From Promethearchaeota archaeon (lineage in GTDB: Archaea > Asgardarchaeota > Lokiarchaeia > Sigyniarchaeales > SOKP01), in contig JAHPZE010000017.1 in NCBI GenBank assembly GCA_019058365.1, positions 22,830 to 86,829 of the forward strand: a DNA stretch of 64,000 bases. The letters run 5' to 3'. Position 1 is the stretch's first letter, and each line of letters opens with the position of its first letter. A program made the position numbers and the translations under genes. This document shows positions 41,652 to 51,847 of this stretch, in pieces. Under the pieces are notes generated by a model. That model saw only the letters and a list, made by a program, of their open reading frames with translations. It was not told the DNA's origin and made no database searches.

Positions 41652-42025
41652 CTCAGATTTATAATGATTTTCAAGAGATTTTTAATAAAAAAGATATTTT
41701 AGGTGTTTTATTATACGGTTCAGTAGTAAGAGATACAGAAACCAAAAAAAGTGATATAGATATTTGTGTTGTAGCTCCTAATGAAGATAAACATCAATTA
41801 ATTTCTTTTCTTTTACAAAATATTAATGTGAATATAAAAAAATATGATGTTAGGCTTTTTTCTGAATTACCTTTATATATTAAAATTCAGATAATTGAAA
41901 AGGGTATCTTGATTTACTCACCAGATAATCTCGAATTATATGAATACTTTTACCCTTACCGAAAACTATGGGCAGATCAAAAACATCGACAAGACATTTC
42001 AAAGGAAGAACTTTTATCGATTTAA
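41630..42025 (+). CDS. Minimal nucleotidyltransferase (MntA-like antitoxin)
   Basis: LYGSVVRDTETKKSDIDICV (GSX10DXD). Overlaps the HEPN gene. Confidence 0.9.
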   Translation: MVKKEQITQIYNDFQEIFNKKDILGVLLYGSVVRDTETKKSDIDICVVAPNEDKHQLISFLLQNINVNIKKYDVRLFSELPLYIKIQIIEKGILIYSPDNLELYEYFYPYRKLWADQKHRQDISKEELLSI

Positions 42026-42073
42026 AAAAAACTTAAGCTAGGAAGAATTTACCTATAATAGATAAAGATTAGA

Positions 42074-42697
42074 TTATGCAGCTTCCATAGATTTTCCTGA
42101 AAGCTTCTTGTAATGATTGAGTACTGCTTGCCGAGCTGCGTATACAAAAGCTCTCTTAACGTTTATTCCTTGAATAGCTATTGTTTCATAAACAAGCACA
42201 TGATTTAGTTTCGCAGTATCGAGAGCTTGACGTATTTTAGCTATTTCTACAATATCCTCTAAATCTCGTTTATTTGCAAGTACAACTGTAGGTACTTCCG
42301 GAGGATCAAATGCTTTTTGTGGTATCAATTTATCGCCATAAAATCGGAGTAACTCCTTTAAACTCCAGATATTTTCTCCCCATTGATCTATTAAAGAATC
42401 CCACGTAAATATTACAGCATCTGTACCCTTTAGAACAGTTTGGCGTTGAAATTTGTGACGTCTCTGGCCTGCGACAGTATAAACTTGAAATACTACATTT
42501 GAAACCCTTGCTACAACCCTATCAAAAAATAATGTTCGTCCAGTAGGATCTTGGATTTGTTGCATATCCCCTGTGGCAAGACCTTCTCGCTTATAGACCC
42601 AATCTAGCGCAGTGGTCTTTCCACCTAAACTTGGGCCATAAAAACAAATTTTAAACACAAGGGTTCCATCTCCCCGACGACTTGGCAAATATATCAA
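42074..42697 (-). CDS. MglA/Arf-like small GTPase
   Basis: G1 GPSLGGKTT, G2 TGRTLFFD, G3 TVAGQ, G4 NKRD, G5 ETIA. Confidence 0.88.
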   Translation of the reverse strand: MIYLPSRRGDGTLVFKICFYGPSLGGKTTALDWVYKREGLATGDMQQIQDPTGRTLFFDRVVARVSNVVFQVYTVAGQRRHKFQRQTVLKGTDAVIFTWDSLIDQWGENIWSLKELLRFYGDKLIPQKAFDPPEVPTVVLANKRDLEDIVEIAKIRQALDTAKLNHVLVYETIAIQGINVKRAFVYAARQAVLNHYKKLSGKSMEAA

Positions 42698-42929
42698 TCC
42701 TCGCTTTTAAAAAATATAAAATTATAAATTAAATCTTATTAATTCTATAAAACTCTTGTAATATAAAAATTTGCAAAAGAAAAGTTTTGCTATTTTTAAA
42801 TATTGAAAGGATTATTTGTATATGTATTTACTTCTAATACCCAAATATCATATCTTCGTTCTTAAAAAGTGACGTGAATTATTGTCTGGAATTAAGAGTT
42901 TTGATTTTTTGTTTTTCTAATTTTTCTTT

Positions 42930-43195
42930 TTGAGAATATTAGAAAGTAAGTTTTTTCAAGGATATAAGGAATTTAGGATTATCTATAATAAAGAGAGTCC
43001 TAAAAATATCTTTGGTGTTGGTAAACCTTCTTTAGAACATATTTATATAATTGAACAATCATTAGATGATTTTTTATTTTTGATGTAATTAAACAATGGA
43101 TCAGTAAATTGAGATCTGTAAAGGAACCATTAGAAGATGATATTAAAGATGAATTTTTAACTGAATTAGAAAATTGGAAAGAAAAATTTGGTTAA
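42930..43195 (+). pseudogene. Degraded gene remnant with frameshift
   Basis: GYKEFRIIYNKESPKNIFGVGKPSLEHIYIIEQSLDDF, then a frame change in the T-tracts near 43070-43082, then DVIKQWISKLRSVKEPLEDDIKDEFLTELENWKEKFG*. Confidence 0.4.
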
Positions 43196-43205
43196 ATAAC
43201 TGTTC

Positions 43206-44354
43206 TTAATAAAAAGGATTATGATAATTCTTCTTCTCTTTTTTATATAGTGTTCTTAATTTGATTTCTTTATCAATTAATCCCTCTATATTACATAAAT
43301 ATTCATATTCATCTTTTAAACACAGAGTTATAGCAACTCCTTTTTTACTCATTCGTGAAGTACGCCCTATACGATGAACATAATTATCGGGAAACTTTGG
43401 TACATCATAATTAAATACATGCGAAATGTTATCAATATCAAGACCTCTAGCTGCTACATCAGTGGCAATGAGTAAATTAATTTTATGTGTTTTAAATTCA
43501 TCTAATATTTTTTCTCTCTGAAATTGTGATAAATCTCCTGAAATTATGCCTACTCTGAAATTTGTGCCTTTATATGATTTTAATCTCTTTTCTAACCACG
43601 TTGCTGTTTTCTTTGTATTTACAAATACTAATGCATGGTTTGGTCTTTCAATCTTTAAAACTTGAGTAAAGGTTTTGAATTTCTCTTCAAATCTTTCAAC
43701 TAAATAATAGACTTGAGTTGTATTTCCAACAGTTAAACTGTCTCGACTTAAATTTAAAAATTCAAATTTATTCTTAGTATATTTTTGGACCAACTTTCTC
43801 ATATCAGAATCCAAAGTTGCCGAAAAAAGCATAAATTGGTATTCTGTTTGGACCTTACTAAGAATGTATTTCACATCTGGAGCAAAACCCATATCCCAAA
43901 GTCTGTCACCTTCATCGAGGACGACGAACCGAACATTTCTGAATGAGAGTTCTTTTCTTTTATAAAGATCAATTACTCTACCCGGTGTACCAACAATTAT
44001 ATTGACACCATTCTTTAATTTCTGAATTTGATCATTTATAGAAACCCCGCCATATATAGTCATTGACTTAATTCTCGGATTTCTTAAATCCTTTATAACA
44101 CTATTAATTTGCTTTGCAAGCTCTCTTGTTGGCACTAAAATTAAAGCTTCATTATTTACATATTTTAGCTGTTCGATAATAGGCAGAATATAAGCCAATG
44201 TCTTTCCAGTACCCGTCTTAGATTGAGTCATTAAATGATGACCCTCAATAATCAAGGGTATCGCTTCTTTTTGGACAGGAGTAGGATAAATTATGTTATT
44301 TCTTTTTAAAGCGACAACATTTTTTTCGTTAATTCCTAAATCTTCAAAATTCAA
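43206..44354 (-). CDS. DEAD-box family RNA helicase (motif II = DEGD)
   Basis: Q-motif PTPVQ, TGTGKT, PTRELA, TPGR, DEGD, SAT, ARGLD, HRIGRTSR. Confidence 0.93.
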   Translation of the reverse strand: MNFEDLGINEKNVVALKRNNIIYPTPVQKEAIPLIIEGHHLMTQSKTGTGKTLAYILPIIEQLKYVNNEALILVPTRELAKQINSVIKDLRNPRIKSMTIYGGVSINDQIQKLKNGVNIIVGTPGRVIDLYKRKELSFRNVRFVVLDEGDRLWDMGFAPDVKYILSKVQTEYQFMLFSATLDSDMRKLVQKYTKNKFEFLNLSRDSLTVGNTTQVYYLVERFEEKFKTFTQVLKIERPNHALVFVNTKKTATWLEKRLKSYKGTNFRVGIISGDLSQFQREKILDEFKTHKINLLIATDVAARGLDIDNISHVFNYDVPKFPDNYVHRIGRTSRMSKKGVAITLCLKDEYEYLCNIEGLIDKEIKLRTLYKKEKKNYHNPFY

Positions 44355-44606
44355 TTTTAATATTCACTAATAACTTACTTTTTTACGCTCTTCTTCAATT
44401 AAGAAAAATAAATTATAAAAGATAAAGGTTTGCTTTAAGAAAAATTAGTTTGTAATAAAACTAGATTCTAAAAAAAATTATAAACTACGTTTTAGAAAGA
44501 ATTTTCTGTAAATCAATATATTGTATTTTTTCAATAAAAAGATTTAAAATTAGCAGTTGGATTTTTTATATTGAAACTTTATAAAATATTTGATGAGGGT
44601 GATTAA

Positions 44607-45011
44607 ATGGGTAGAAAAGGTCCAACTTGGTTTGGTATAGATTTAAGTAAAAAACAAGCAACAAATTTATTTATTTTATCGTTAGCAGGTATATTTTTGG
44701 TATCGATGATTTTACTACCATTAATCTTTTCATTCATTATGTCATTGAGATCTGCCATTTTGTATGAAAATTTTGAAATGTGGATCGAATATTCTTTGTT
44801 GTATATGTTGCCTTATTTATGTATCCTAATTATCATTTTAATTATTATAATCTACTCTCTTGTAAGAAGTAGAAAGATTGCAATGTTTTATTCAGAGGTA
44901 ATAGACACCAAAAAGTCTGAATCAAGAGTACTTTCGTTCTGTCCAAACTGTGGTAATAAAAGAATGGGAGAAGAAAAATTTTGTAGAATTTGTGGAGAAG
45001 AACTGAACTAA
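44607..45011 (+). CDS. 2-TM membrane protein with C-terminal double zinc ribbon
   Basis: FCPNCG...KFCRICG. Confidence 0.85.
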   Translation: MGRKGPTWFGIDLSKKQATNLFILSLAGIFLVSMILLPLIFSFIMSLRSAILYENFEMWIEYSLLYMLPYLCILIIILIIIIYSLVRSRKIAMFYSEVIDTKKSESRVLSFCPNCGNKRMGEEKFCRICGEELN

Positions 45012-45051
45012 CTTCTGATAATAACTACTAAATTAATAAATTAGATGATTT

Positions 45052-47241
45052 TTAAATAATTTGTTTAGTAAGTTGCTCTATTTTAGTTAATTTTTGATTC
45101 AAAATCATCTTTACTTTCTCAGAAGTTATGTTTGGGTTATTCATGACTAAATCATAGACTAATAACTCACATTTCTTGCCCGTCTTTGCTAATTTCTGAT
45201 GTAAAATATCATTTTGGTCATAAATAGGAATTGGAAACATGAATGGTCTTTTATGAATATGGCGTGAACTTTTTATTAATTTTATATTCCTGGATAAATT
45301 AGGGTCATTTAATATTGCTGATAAGTAATATGCTTCATTCTCTGAAGTAGTGGAATAATAATAATTTTCAGATCCAATAATAACTTTTTGTTTCTCATTA
45401 TTTATAACAGCAGCTTTCAAATTTGATCCACTTGCGTTATAAACAACAATATAGGACGTATTATTTATCTGTTTCTTAAGCTTATTCCAATAATTTAAGT
45501 TTGCAAACAATGTGTTGATTCTACTAGTTTTCTTCTTATTTTTTTTATAAATATTATTCATTTCTTCATAAAACATCAGGGCTTTGGGGTAACTCTGTAA
45601 AAAATTTAAATCTAAATCAAATTGTTCATTAATGGGGAGAAATACATTTCTCTTACGTTTTATAAAGAAAGGAACAAGATCCATATTTAGAAACGTTTTA
45701 AATTGAAATCTTTTTTCAATCTCTTTTTCTTTAAATTGAAATTTCCATTCCGTTTTTGCACGTGATAAAACATCCGAATCAGAAATAATTATTAGGTTAC
45801 CATTTGTTTTCTGCTTTCTTTCAAAAAATATTAATGTTCTAGGAACTAATGTAGCACCTTGAAAGAATTTTTCTTTATATGAACTATTTTCTAATTTATT
45901 TAAGGTTTCTAACTCTTCAATAGGCAATAATAGTTTAGCACCATCATTTTCGATTTTTAAACTCGAATAAAATTTTTCTTCTCTTAATTCTAAACTATCA
46001 TTAAATAATTTTGTTTTTATTGGATATTTATCATCAATCAAAATATTATTATTTTTTCCCACAAACTCCGCTTTCAAACATATATGATTTACATTAAAAA
46101 AATAATTCTTTGGAAAATCCCAAATTTCTAAATTTTTGTTGAAAATAGAAAAAGCTCTAAACTTATGGCAATGATCTCCGTCAATTACGCTTTTGGGCAT
46201 TACAAAAAATACTTTCGCATTCTTTTTTAAAAAATTTGAAGGGATTGCATAAAAAAAAATTGCAGCTAATTCAATATGGGTAATATATTGACTGGGTGGC
46301 TTTATTCCTAAATTTTCTGATAAATCTCGAATTTTAATTTGATATTCCTTTAATTGTAGATCCTTATATGTCAACCAAGGTGGATTTCCAATTACTAAAT
46401 CGAATGAATTACTCATATTTTTGATATTAATATCAGTTTCCTTATCATATAGCTCAGGAAACAAAGAATCAATAAGAAAAATGTTAAGCTTCGGGATTTT
46501 AAGATTTTTTGAAGTAAAATATTCAAAGATCAATAAAAGAATATTTGTTTTTGTTGTCATAATAGCCAAAGGATTAATATCAAAACCATATACCTTTGAG
46601 ATTGCTTTAAATTTTAAAGCTGCTGATTCATGAGAATCTAGAATTTTAAGTAAGATATTGATTAAAAAATTTCCCGAACCACATGAAGGGTCTAAGGTTT
46701 TTGAACCAATTATGTAAACTTCATTAATCATTTTCTGAACAAGTTTTGAAGGAGTATAGAATTCCCCTATCTTATGTCTAGTATCTGGAAGAAATATTTC
46801 TTGATATATATCACTGAAAATGTCTTGTTGTGCATAATTTGAGAATTTAATTACACTATATATTTTTGTAAATAACTCTTTATTAAAATTAGTCCAAAAT
46901 AAATAATAGTATTCGAATATCCTTAATTCTTTCAGACTATTTGTGAGATACACCTCATAGACTTCGTCTAATTCGAGATTTTTACTAGAGTATAATTTAG
47001 AAATAACTAAAATTTTTAAAATTAGAGAAAAATAAGTATGTTTCAAAAATAGATCTGAACTAATTTCAAATCCGTAGATATTTGAAAAGATTTTTCTCCA
47101 CCGTGTAAAGCTTTGTTCATAGGATATTTGATTTTTAGATTGTTTTTTTAGAAAGGCTATAGATTGCTGATAAATTTCAGAGCTCTTGCCTAATTTTTCA
47201 GAAATAATGTGAGAGCTTATTAATTGTTTATTTTCTACCAT
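45052..47241 (-). CDS. N6-adenine DNA methyltransferase, gamma class (type IIG-like MTase + TRD; no nuclease domain seen)
   Basis: GEFYTP, LDPSCGSGNFL, GFDINP, VIGNPPW; C-terminal TRD-like region. Confidence 0.85.
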   Translation of the reverse strand: MVENKQLISSHIISEKLGKSSEIYQQSIAFLKKQSKNQISYEQSFTRWRKIFSNIYGFEISSDLFLKHTYFSLILKILVISKLYSSKNLELDEVYEVYLTNSLKELRIFEYYYLFWTNFNKELFTKIYSVIKFSNYAQQDIFSDIYQEIFLPDTRHKIGEFYTPSKLVQKMINEVYIIGSKTLDPSCGSGNFLINILLKILDSHESAALKFKAISKVYGFDINPLAIMTTKTNILLLIFEYFTSKNLKIPKLNIFLIDSLFPELYDKETDINIKNMSNSFDLVIGNPPWLTYKDLQLKEYQIKIRDLSENLGIKPPSQYITHIELAAIFFYAIPSNFLKKNAKVFFVMPKSVIDGDHCHKFRAFSIFNKNLEIWDFPKNYFFNVNHICLKAEFVGKNNNILIDDKYPIKTKLFNDSLELREEKFYSSLKIENDGAKLLLPIEELETLNKLENSSYKEKFFQGATLVPRTLIFFERKQKTNGNLIIISDSDVLSRAKTEWKFQFKEKEIEKRFQFKTFLNMDLVPFFIKRKRNVFLPINEQFDLDLNFLQSYPKALMFYEEMNNIYKKNKKKTSRINTLFANLNYWNKLKKQINNTSYIVVYNASGSNLKAAVINNEKQKVIIGSENYYYSTTSENEAYYLSAILNDPNLSRNIKLIKSSRHIHKRPFMFPIPIYDQNDILHQKLAKTGKKCELLVYDLVMNNPNITSEKVKMILNQKLTKIEQLTKQII

Positions 47242-47345
47242 TTTTTATTTCATAAATAGATAGTTCTCGATTGCTCCAATTTGATTGTATAGCTTAAAAT
47301 AAGATATTAATTTTTTTAAATATAAGGTGAAAATAGAAAAATTGT

Positions 47346-47891
47346 TTATTTTCTCATAAATGTAGGTAACATTATGGAAAAGATTTCTGCAATCAATCTT
47401 AGTTTTGATTTTTCCTGAATTTTTGTAACGATTAAAATTGATTTTGATAATTCTTCTCTATCCAAAGATCCTCCCGAATAAATTGCTTGTTCAGTATTAA
47501 AAACTAAGAGAAATTTTACATTAGGATTATTTACAATGCTTATTCCTTGAATATTTTTTAAATCATCATAAATCGATATAAAATTTTTTGGAATAATACT
47601 TCTATCATTAGTGATTAGAAGAACTGGGATCCCTCGGTCGACTGTTCTTTTGAGTTCTTTTGCATAAAAGCTGTCAATGCGAGGAGCTACAACATTTAAT
47701 TGGTCTTTAGTTGAATTTATCAAATTTATTAGAGAATCATTAAGCACATTTTTCTTTTCTCCCCCACTTGATTCTATGTCTACCATTCCTACTAATGATA
47801 ATATCTTATTTTCCAAATTAGATATTTGCTCTTTCAAGTGTTTGTTTTCTACACGCAATTCTATCAAACGATCTGAAATTTTAATCACCAA
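47346..47891 (-). CDS. N-terminal coiled coil + degenerate PLD-like (TrmB-C-like) domain
   Basis: LINLINSTKDQLNVVAP..RGIPVLLITN..NVKFLLVFNTEQAIYSGGSL aligns with the HxKxxxxD..GSxN region but lacks His and Asp. Confidence 0.55.
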   Translation of the reverse strand: MVIKISDRLIELRVENKHLKEQISNLENKILSLVGMVDIESSGGEKKNVLNDSLINLINSTKDQLNVVAPRIDSFYAKELKRTVDRGIPVLLITNDRSIIPKNFISIYDDLKNIQGISIVNNPNVKFLLVFNTEQAIYSGGSLDREELSKSILIVTKIQEKSKLRLIAEIFSIMLPTFMRK

Positions 47892-47979
47892 CTCTTTTTT
47901 AATATCATTAATGAATAATTTAAATTAGCTTATATTAATATTTTATATTTATTGGTTTTTCCGAATGGATAAACTTAAT

Positions 47980-50586
47980 TCAAGACCAGATCTTTTTCCA
48001 TGGTTTTCCAAAAAGCAAATAACTCGAAATTGCTAAACTACTTCGTAAGTCTATATGTGTAGTACCCATTTCCGAAGTTGAATCTTTAACTTGTTCTTCA
48101 ATAAGTTTTTCCATCTTACTTGCTATAGATTGCTGACGTGCCTTCAGAAGCGAAACACCCTGACTATTTTTATTGAAGAAATTTATAAAGAAATTTGAAA
48201 TAATTTGCTTTGTCTCATCATTAAAAATTGGATAATTTTTTGAAACGATACCAGTAATTTTATTATAATCAAATTGAGCCACAATTTCACCGAAATTCCT
48301 AAGAGTATTTCTTAGCTTCTTCCCTTCGATATCATAAACTTGGGAATTAAAAAAAATAAATGGTTGGTTCTTCGATCTATTTTTATTTAAAATCTTATTG
48401 ATTTCATTAAAGGTTATTATTTTATTATCATTTATAAGGAAAAAACTATTCTTAGGACTCCATTTGGAGTAAAAAATATTTCCTACGAATACAATAATAT
48501 GGTATATATTTTTAGATAAATGTGATAAAATGTTTTCTCGTGTAGAATTAGCTCCAATTAATGTAGACATTTGATCAATCTCCTCTCTATTATTAAAGAA
48601 ATTAATAAGATAATCTAACTCATCCGCACCAGCTTGAAAAGGGAAAATTAATTCTTTCTGTTTTGTTTTTTCATTCCATTTTAAAGGATTATTAGAATTG
48701 ATTGATTCAATTACTAATACATTATACTTCTTATTAGATGGTTCTTCTGAAGAATCCTCACAATCACATCTTTCAAAAACAACACCACCAAGTGGAGGTT
48801 CACCCCCCACACTATAACCCTCCGAATATTTCAACAAGAAAAAATTATTATCATATATGAGATCAAAAGGAATTGTCATGTTGTTTAAGATAAAATATAT
48901 TTGAGGTATTAGATTCAAGCTTTCGATCTTAAACGATTTAAAGAAATCTCGAATTAATTTTGGTAGAAATATATATAATAATTCACCAAATTCTTTCAGA
49001 TTGAAAAGATATTTTCGATCTTCAGATTCATAGAAAAGTTCATTGTATATTTCAATTAGTTGAGTATCATTCCAATATTCATTAGAAATAAATCCTTCAA
49101 TTATCTTATCATCAACAGAAATCATTCTATAAGAAATCATCCCTATGGAATCAATTCTCAATATTATCTGTTTAATACTAAAGTCTTCATGAAATGAAGG
49201 CAATGTTTCACTATGATCATTAAATGAGTAACTTTCTTTTTTTAACGGTTCCACCTCATTATATATGGCTACGAGATCTGTTAAAAATTTATTAAAATCT
49301 TTATCTAAATAGGGAATTATTTTTTCTGCAAGGCTAAAATTTTTTTCTTCAAATAAAGCTCGATAGAACATCATTCTCCAAAAATCACGCTGCTCTAAAG
49401 AAAAAAACATAGATTTAAATTGCCATAATATATTGCTCGTATAAAAATAATGAAAAATTTGAGCATTAGTCTTGGGTAATTTTAGATGGGTGTTTAATTT
49501 TTCAAAGGATTGGAGGAGATACTTTTTTTCCTTCATATCTACAAATTTTTTACATGCTTCCACCCATAATTCTATTAAACTATGATCATAAGATAAATCA
49601 GATTTATAAATGAACAAATCTTCTAAGAAATCGTAAATATCGAATGCTATATTAAAACGATTTCTGTTTATTGAAAAATCAATAAACTTTCGTATATATG
49701 TGACAGCATCACCATATGATTGGTATTCTTGGATTTTTGAGAAAATAACACGAATAAAAATAATAATCCAAGAATACTCACCAATGTCATTTAAATAATG
49801 AATAATTTCTTCAAGATCTACTAAAATCGTGTTAAAACTTCTTTCATTAATAGCAATTCTACTTATATTACTAAATTCGTTTTTTAAATAACCAGGAAGT
49901 CGATTTACTAATACTTTATTGATTGATTTTACAAACTCAGCGGAATCATCCATTAATTTATATTTTAAAGAAACACTCTCTAATAAGATATAGATATATA
50001 AAGCTCGTTTGCTCGGTTCTAAATTAAAGATAGTTTTCCCTAATCTTTCCATACTTAAATTGAAATATTCCGAGGGTGCAACCGACTTTCTTAAAAAGAT
50101 TTGTAATATTTGTATTTCAAATAGTTTTTGATAATCCCCTCTCTCATGTAGTTTTATTGAAAAGGAGTTAATGAATTTAGTTATCCCTTTTTGGGATAAT
50201 TCTTCCTTTTTAATGAATTCTTGAAGCAGGTTCGTACAGAAATTATTAAATAAATAAAAATCATCTAATTTTGATAAAAATGAAAAAAATCTCTTGTATG
50301 CATCAATATATCTGATTAAATTTATTTCAATTTTTCCTTCTGTATGTTGTACTAATGAATTTAGATATATCCACCAAGAATTTGAAATAATCATTATTAA
50401 TTGGTGCTTCTTCTGAGCATCTAACCAATCATTCTTCTCGATTTCAAAACTTAAATTATCAAGAATTTTAGATGCCCACTTATGATTTGCGGCATATAGC
50501 AATTTCCGAGCAGTTATAATTTTATTTTGAAAATTTGTTAAAAATTGTTGTTTTAAGTCAATGCTAACGGACATGAGAATTCGCAC
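47980..50586 (-). CDS. Alpha-solenoid + degenerate CHAT (caspase/HetF-like) domain protein
   Basis: LKEFGELLY..IPFDLIYD..ELDYL..LIGANSTRENIL..YHIIVFVGN..FIFFNSQ..G.SLLKARQ..SYLLFGKP follow the CHAT motif order; long helical N-terminus. Confidence 0.7.
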   Translation of the reverse strand: MRILMSVSIDLKQQFLTNFQNKIITARKLLYAANHKWASKILDNLSFEIEKNDWLDAQKKHQLIMIISNSWWIYLNSLVQHTEGKIEINLIRYIDAYKRFFSFLSKLDDFYLFNNFCTNLLQEFIKKEELSQKGITKFINSFSIKLHERGDYQKLFEIQILQIFLRKSVAPSEYFNLSMERLGKTIFNLEPSKRALYIYILLESVSLKYKLMDDSAEFVKSINKVLVNRLPGYLKNEFSNISRIAINERSFNTILVDLEEIIHYLNDIGEYSWIIIFIRVIFSKIQEYQSYGDAVTYIRKFIDFSINRNRFNIAFDIYDFLEDLFIYKSDLSYDHSLIELWVEACKKFVDMKEKKYLLQSFEKLNTHLKLPKTNAQIFHYFYTSNILWQFKSMFFSLEQRDFWRMMFYRALFEEKNFSLAEKIIPYLDKDFNKFLTDLVAIYNEVEPLKKESYSFNDHSETLPSFHEDFSIKQIILRIDSIGMISYRMISVDDKIIEGFISNEYWNDTQLIEIYNELFYESEDRKYLFNLKEFGELLYIFLPKLIRDFFKSFKIESLNLIPQIYFILNNMTIPFDLIYDNNFFLLKYSEGYSVGGEPPLGGVVFERCDCEDSSEEPSNKKYNVLVIESINSNNPLKWNEKTKQKELIFPFQAGADELDYLINFFNNREEIDQMSTLIGANSTRENILSHLSKNIYHIIVFVGNIFYSKWSPKNSFFLINDNKIITFNEINKILNKNRSKNQPFIFFNSQVYDIEGKKLRNTLRNFGEIVAQFDYNKITGIVSKNYPIFNDETKQIISNFFINFFNKNSQGVSLLKARQQSIASKMEKLIEEQVKDSTSEMGTTHIDLRSSLAISSYLLFGKPWKKIWS

Positions 50587-50587
50587 C

Positions 50588-51799
50588 TTATTGTTCTTTA
50601 TTTTCAGTTTGATTTAACTCTTCCTTTTCTCGAGATTGTTGAGAAGATTCATGGCTGGGATTCTGAATCCATTCTTGTTTTTGTTTCAATTTTCCCTGTG
50701 CATATAATACAGAGGATCCGATCCAGCCAATATTTTCTCTTCCAGAAACAGCAATCACATTAATTTTATCCCTTATTCTTTCTGAGAAATATTTTGATAT
50801 TTCAAATTTCAACCTTATATCTAATCCCGGTATTAAACTGCTACCCCCAACAATGATAATATTCGGTAAAAAATCTTCCCAGTTTTCACGATCCCAAAAT
50901 TTAATCACTTTTGATACAGCCTCCGGTAATCCCATATAATCAATATGAATTAAAGAAGGATTAAACATTGGTTCAACAAACAAGAATCTTTCTGAATTAA
51001 TATCTAAAGAGGTTCCATCTGGTAATTCTATGGTTCTGTTATATTTAGTAAAACCATCTTTAATTCTTTTTATTTCTCCATCTGGATCTAAAATGCATAA
51101 GGATAGTTTATTTTTGATTTCCTGTGCTATTATTTTATCAAGATATACCAATTCCCCAGAACCTTTTTTCGTTAAAATCAAGTTCAAAAGATGTCTCGTT
51201 AAATCCTTGCCAGAAATGGGAAACGTATCTCTAGCCATTGCATTTGAAAATCCATGTAAAAATGAGGTGATGTTTGTATTAACTTCACCCATATTTATAA
51301 CCACACCACTAGTTTTTTGTAATGTAGCTAATACTCCTTGATTTTCAGATAAAAATAATAGAGATGGAAAATCAAATACATTAAAAAAGATTTCTTGCAA
51401 TTTAGTTTTTTCCAATTTTGACATGTAAAAAGGTGTTATTATAATAATAGGTTGTTTAAAATGATTTTCCTCAGCGATATTTAATTGTTTATAATGATGA
51501 TAAAAGTATTTCATGAAAATATTGAGATTACCCTCTTTTTTAAATTCATGAATTTTGAGGATATTTGAGTACTTTAAAGCTTCATGTCCAAATAGATGGT
51601 TTTCAGCTTCTTTTTCTGTAATAAAGATATCCTCAAGACCATCAATTACGTCTGAAGTAAAAATAAAATCCGAATTATCAACATAAATACTTGGAGCAAT
51701 AATATCTGGGAAATCATCTCCAGCCCATCCTAATCGAAAATTTTGGCTTCCAATATCAATAATAAGTGGACGTAATTGACTTTTTTCTTCAGATGACAT
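50588..51799 (-). CDS. Divergent actin / actin-related protein
   Basis: PLIIDIGSQNFRLGWAGDDFP, SGVVINMGE, SGKDLT, ELPDG, SERF..EPMFNPS, NIIIVGGSSLIPG, WIGSSV. Confidence 0.93.
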   Translation of the reverse strand: MSSEEKSQLRPLIIDIGSQNFRLGWAGDDFPDIIAPSIYVDNSDFIFTSDVIDGLEDIFITEKEAENHLFGHEALKYSNILKIHEFKKEGNLNIFMKYFYHHYKQLNIAEENHFKQPIIIITPFYMSKLEKTKLQEIFFNVFDFPSLLFLSENQGVLATLQKTSGVVINMGEVNTNITSFLHGFSNAMARDTFPISGKDLTRHLLNLILTKKGSGELVYLDKIIAQEIKNKLSLCILDPDGEIKRIKDGFTKYNRTIELPDGTSLDINSERFLFVEPMFNPSLIHIDYMGLPEAVSKVIKFWDRENWEDFLPNIIIVGGSSLIPGLDIRLKFEISKYFSERIRDKINVIAVSGRENIGWIGSSVLYAQGKLKQKQEWIQNPSHESSQQSREKEELNQTENKEQ

Positions 51800-51847
51800 T
51801 ATTAACTATATCTTTATTTTATCTTTTCAATGTTAAGAATTTACTTG

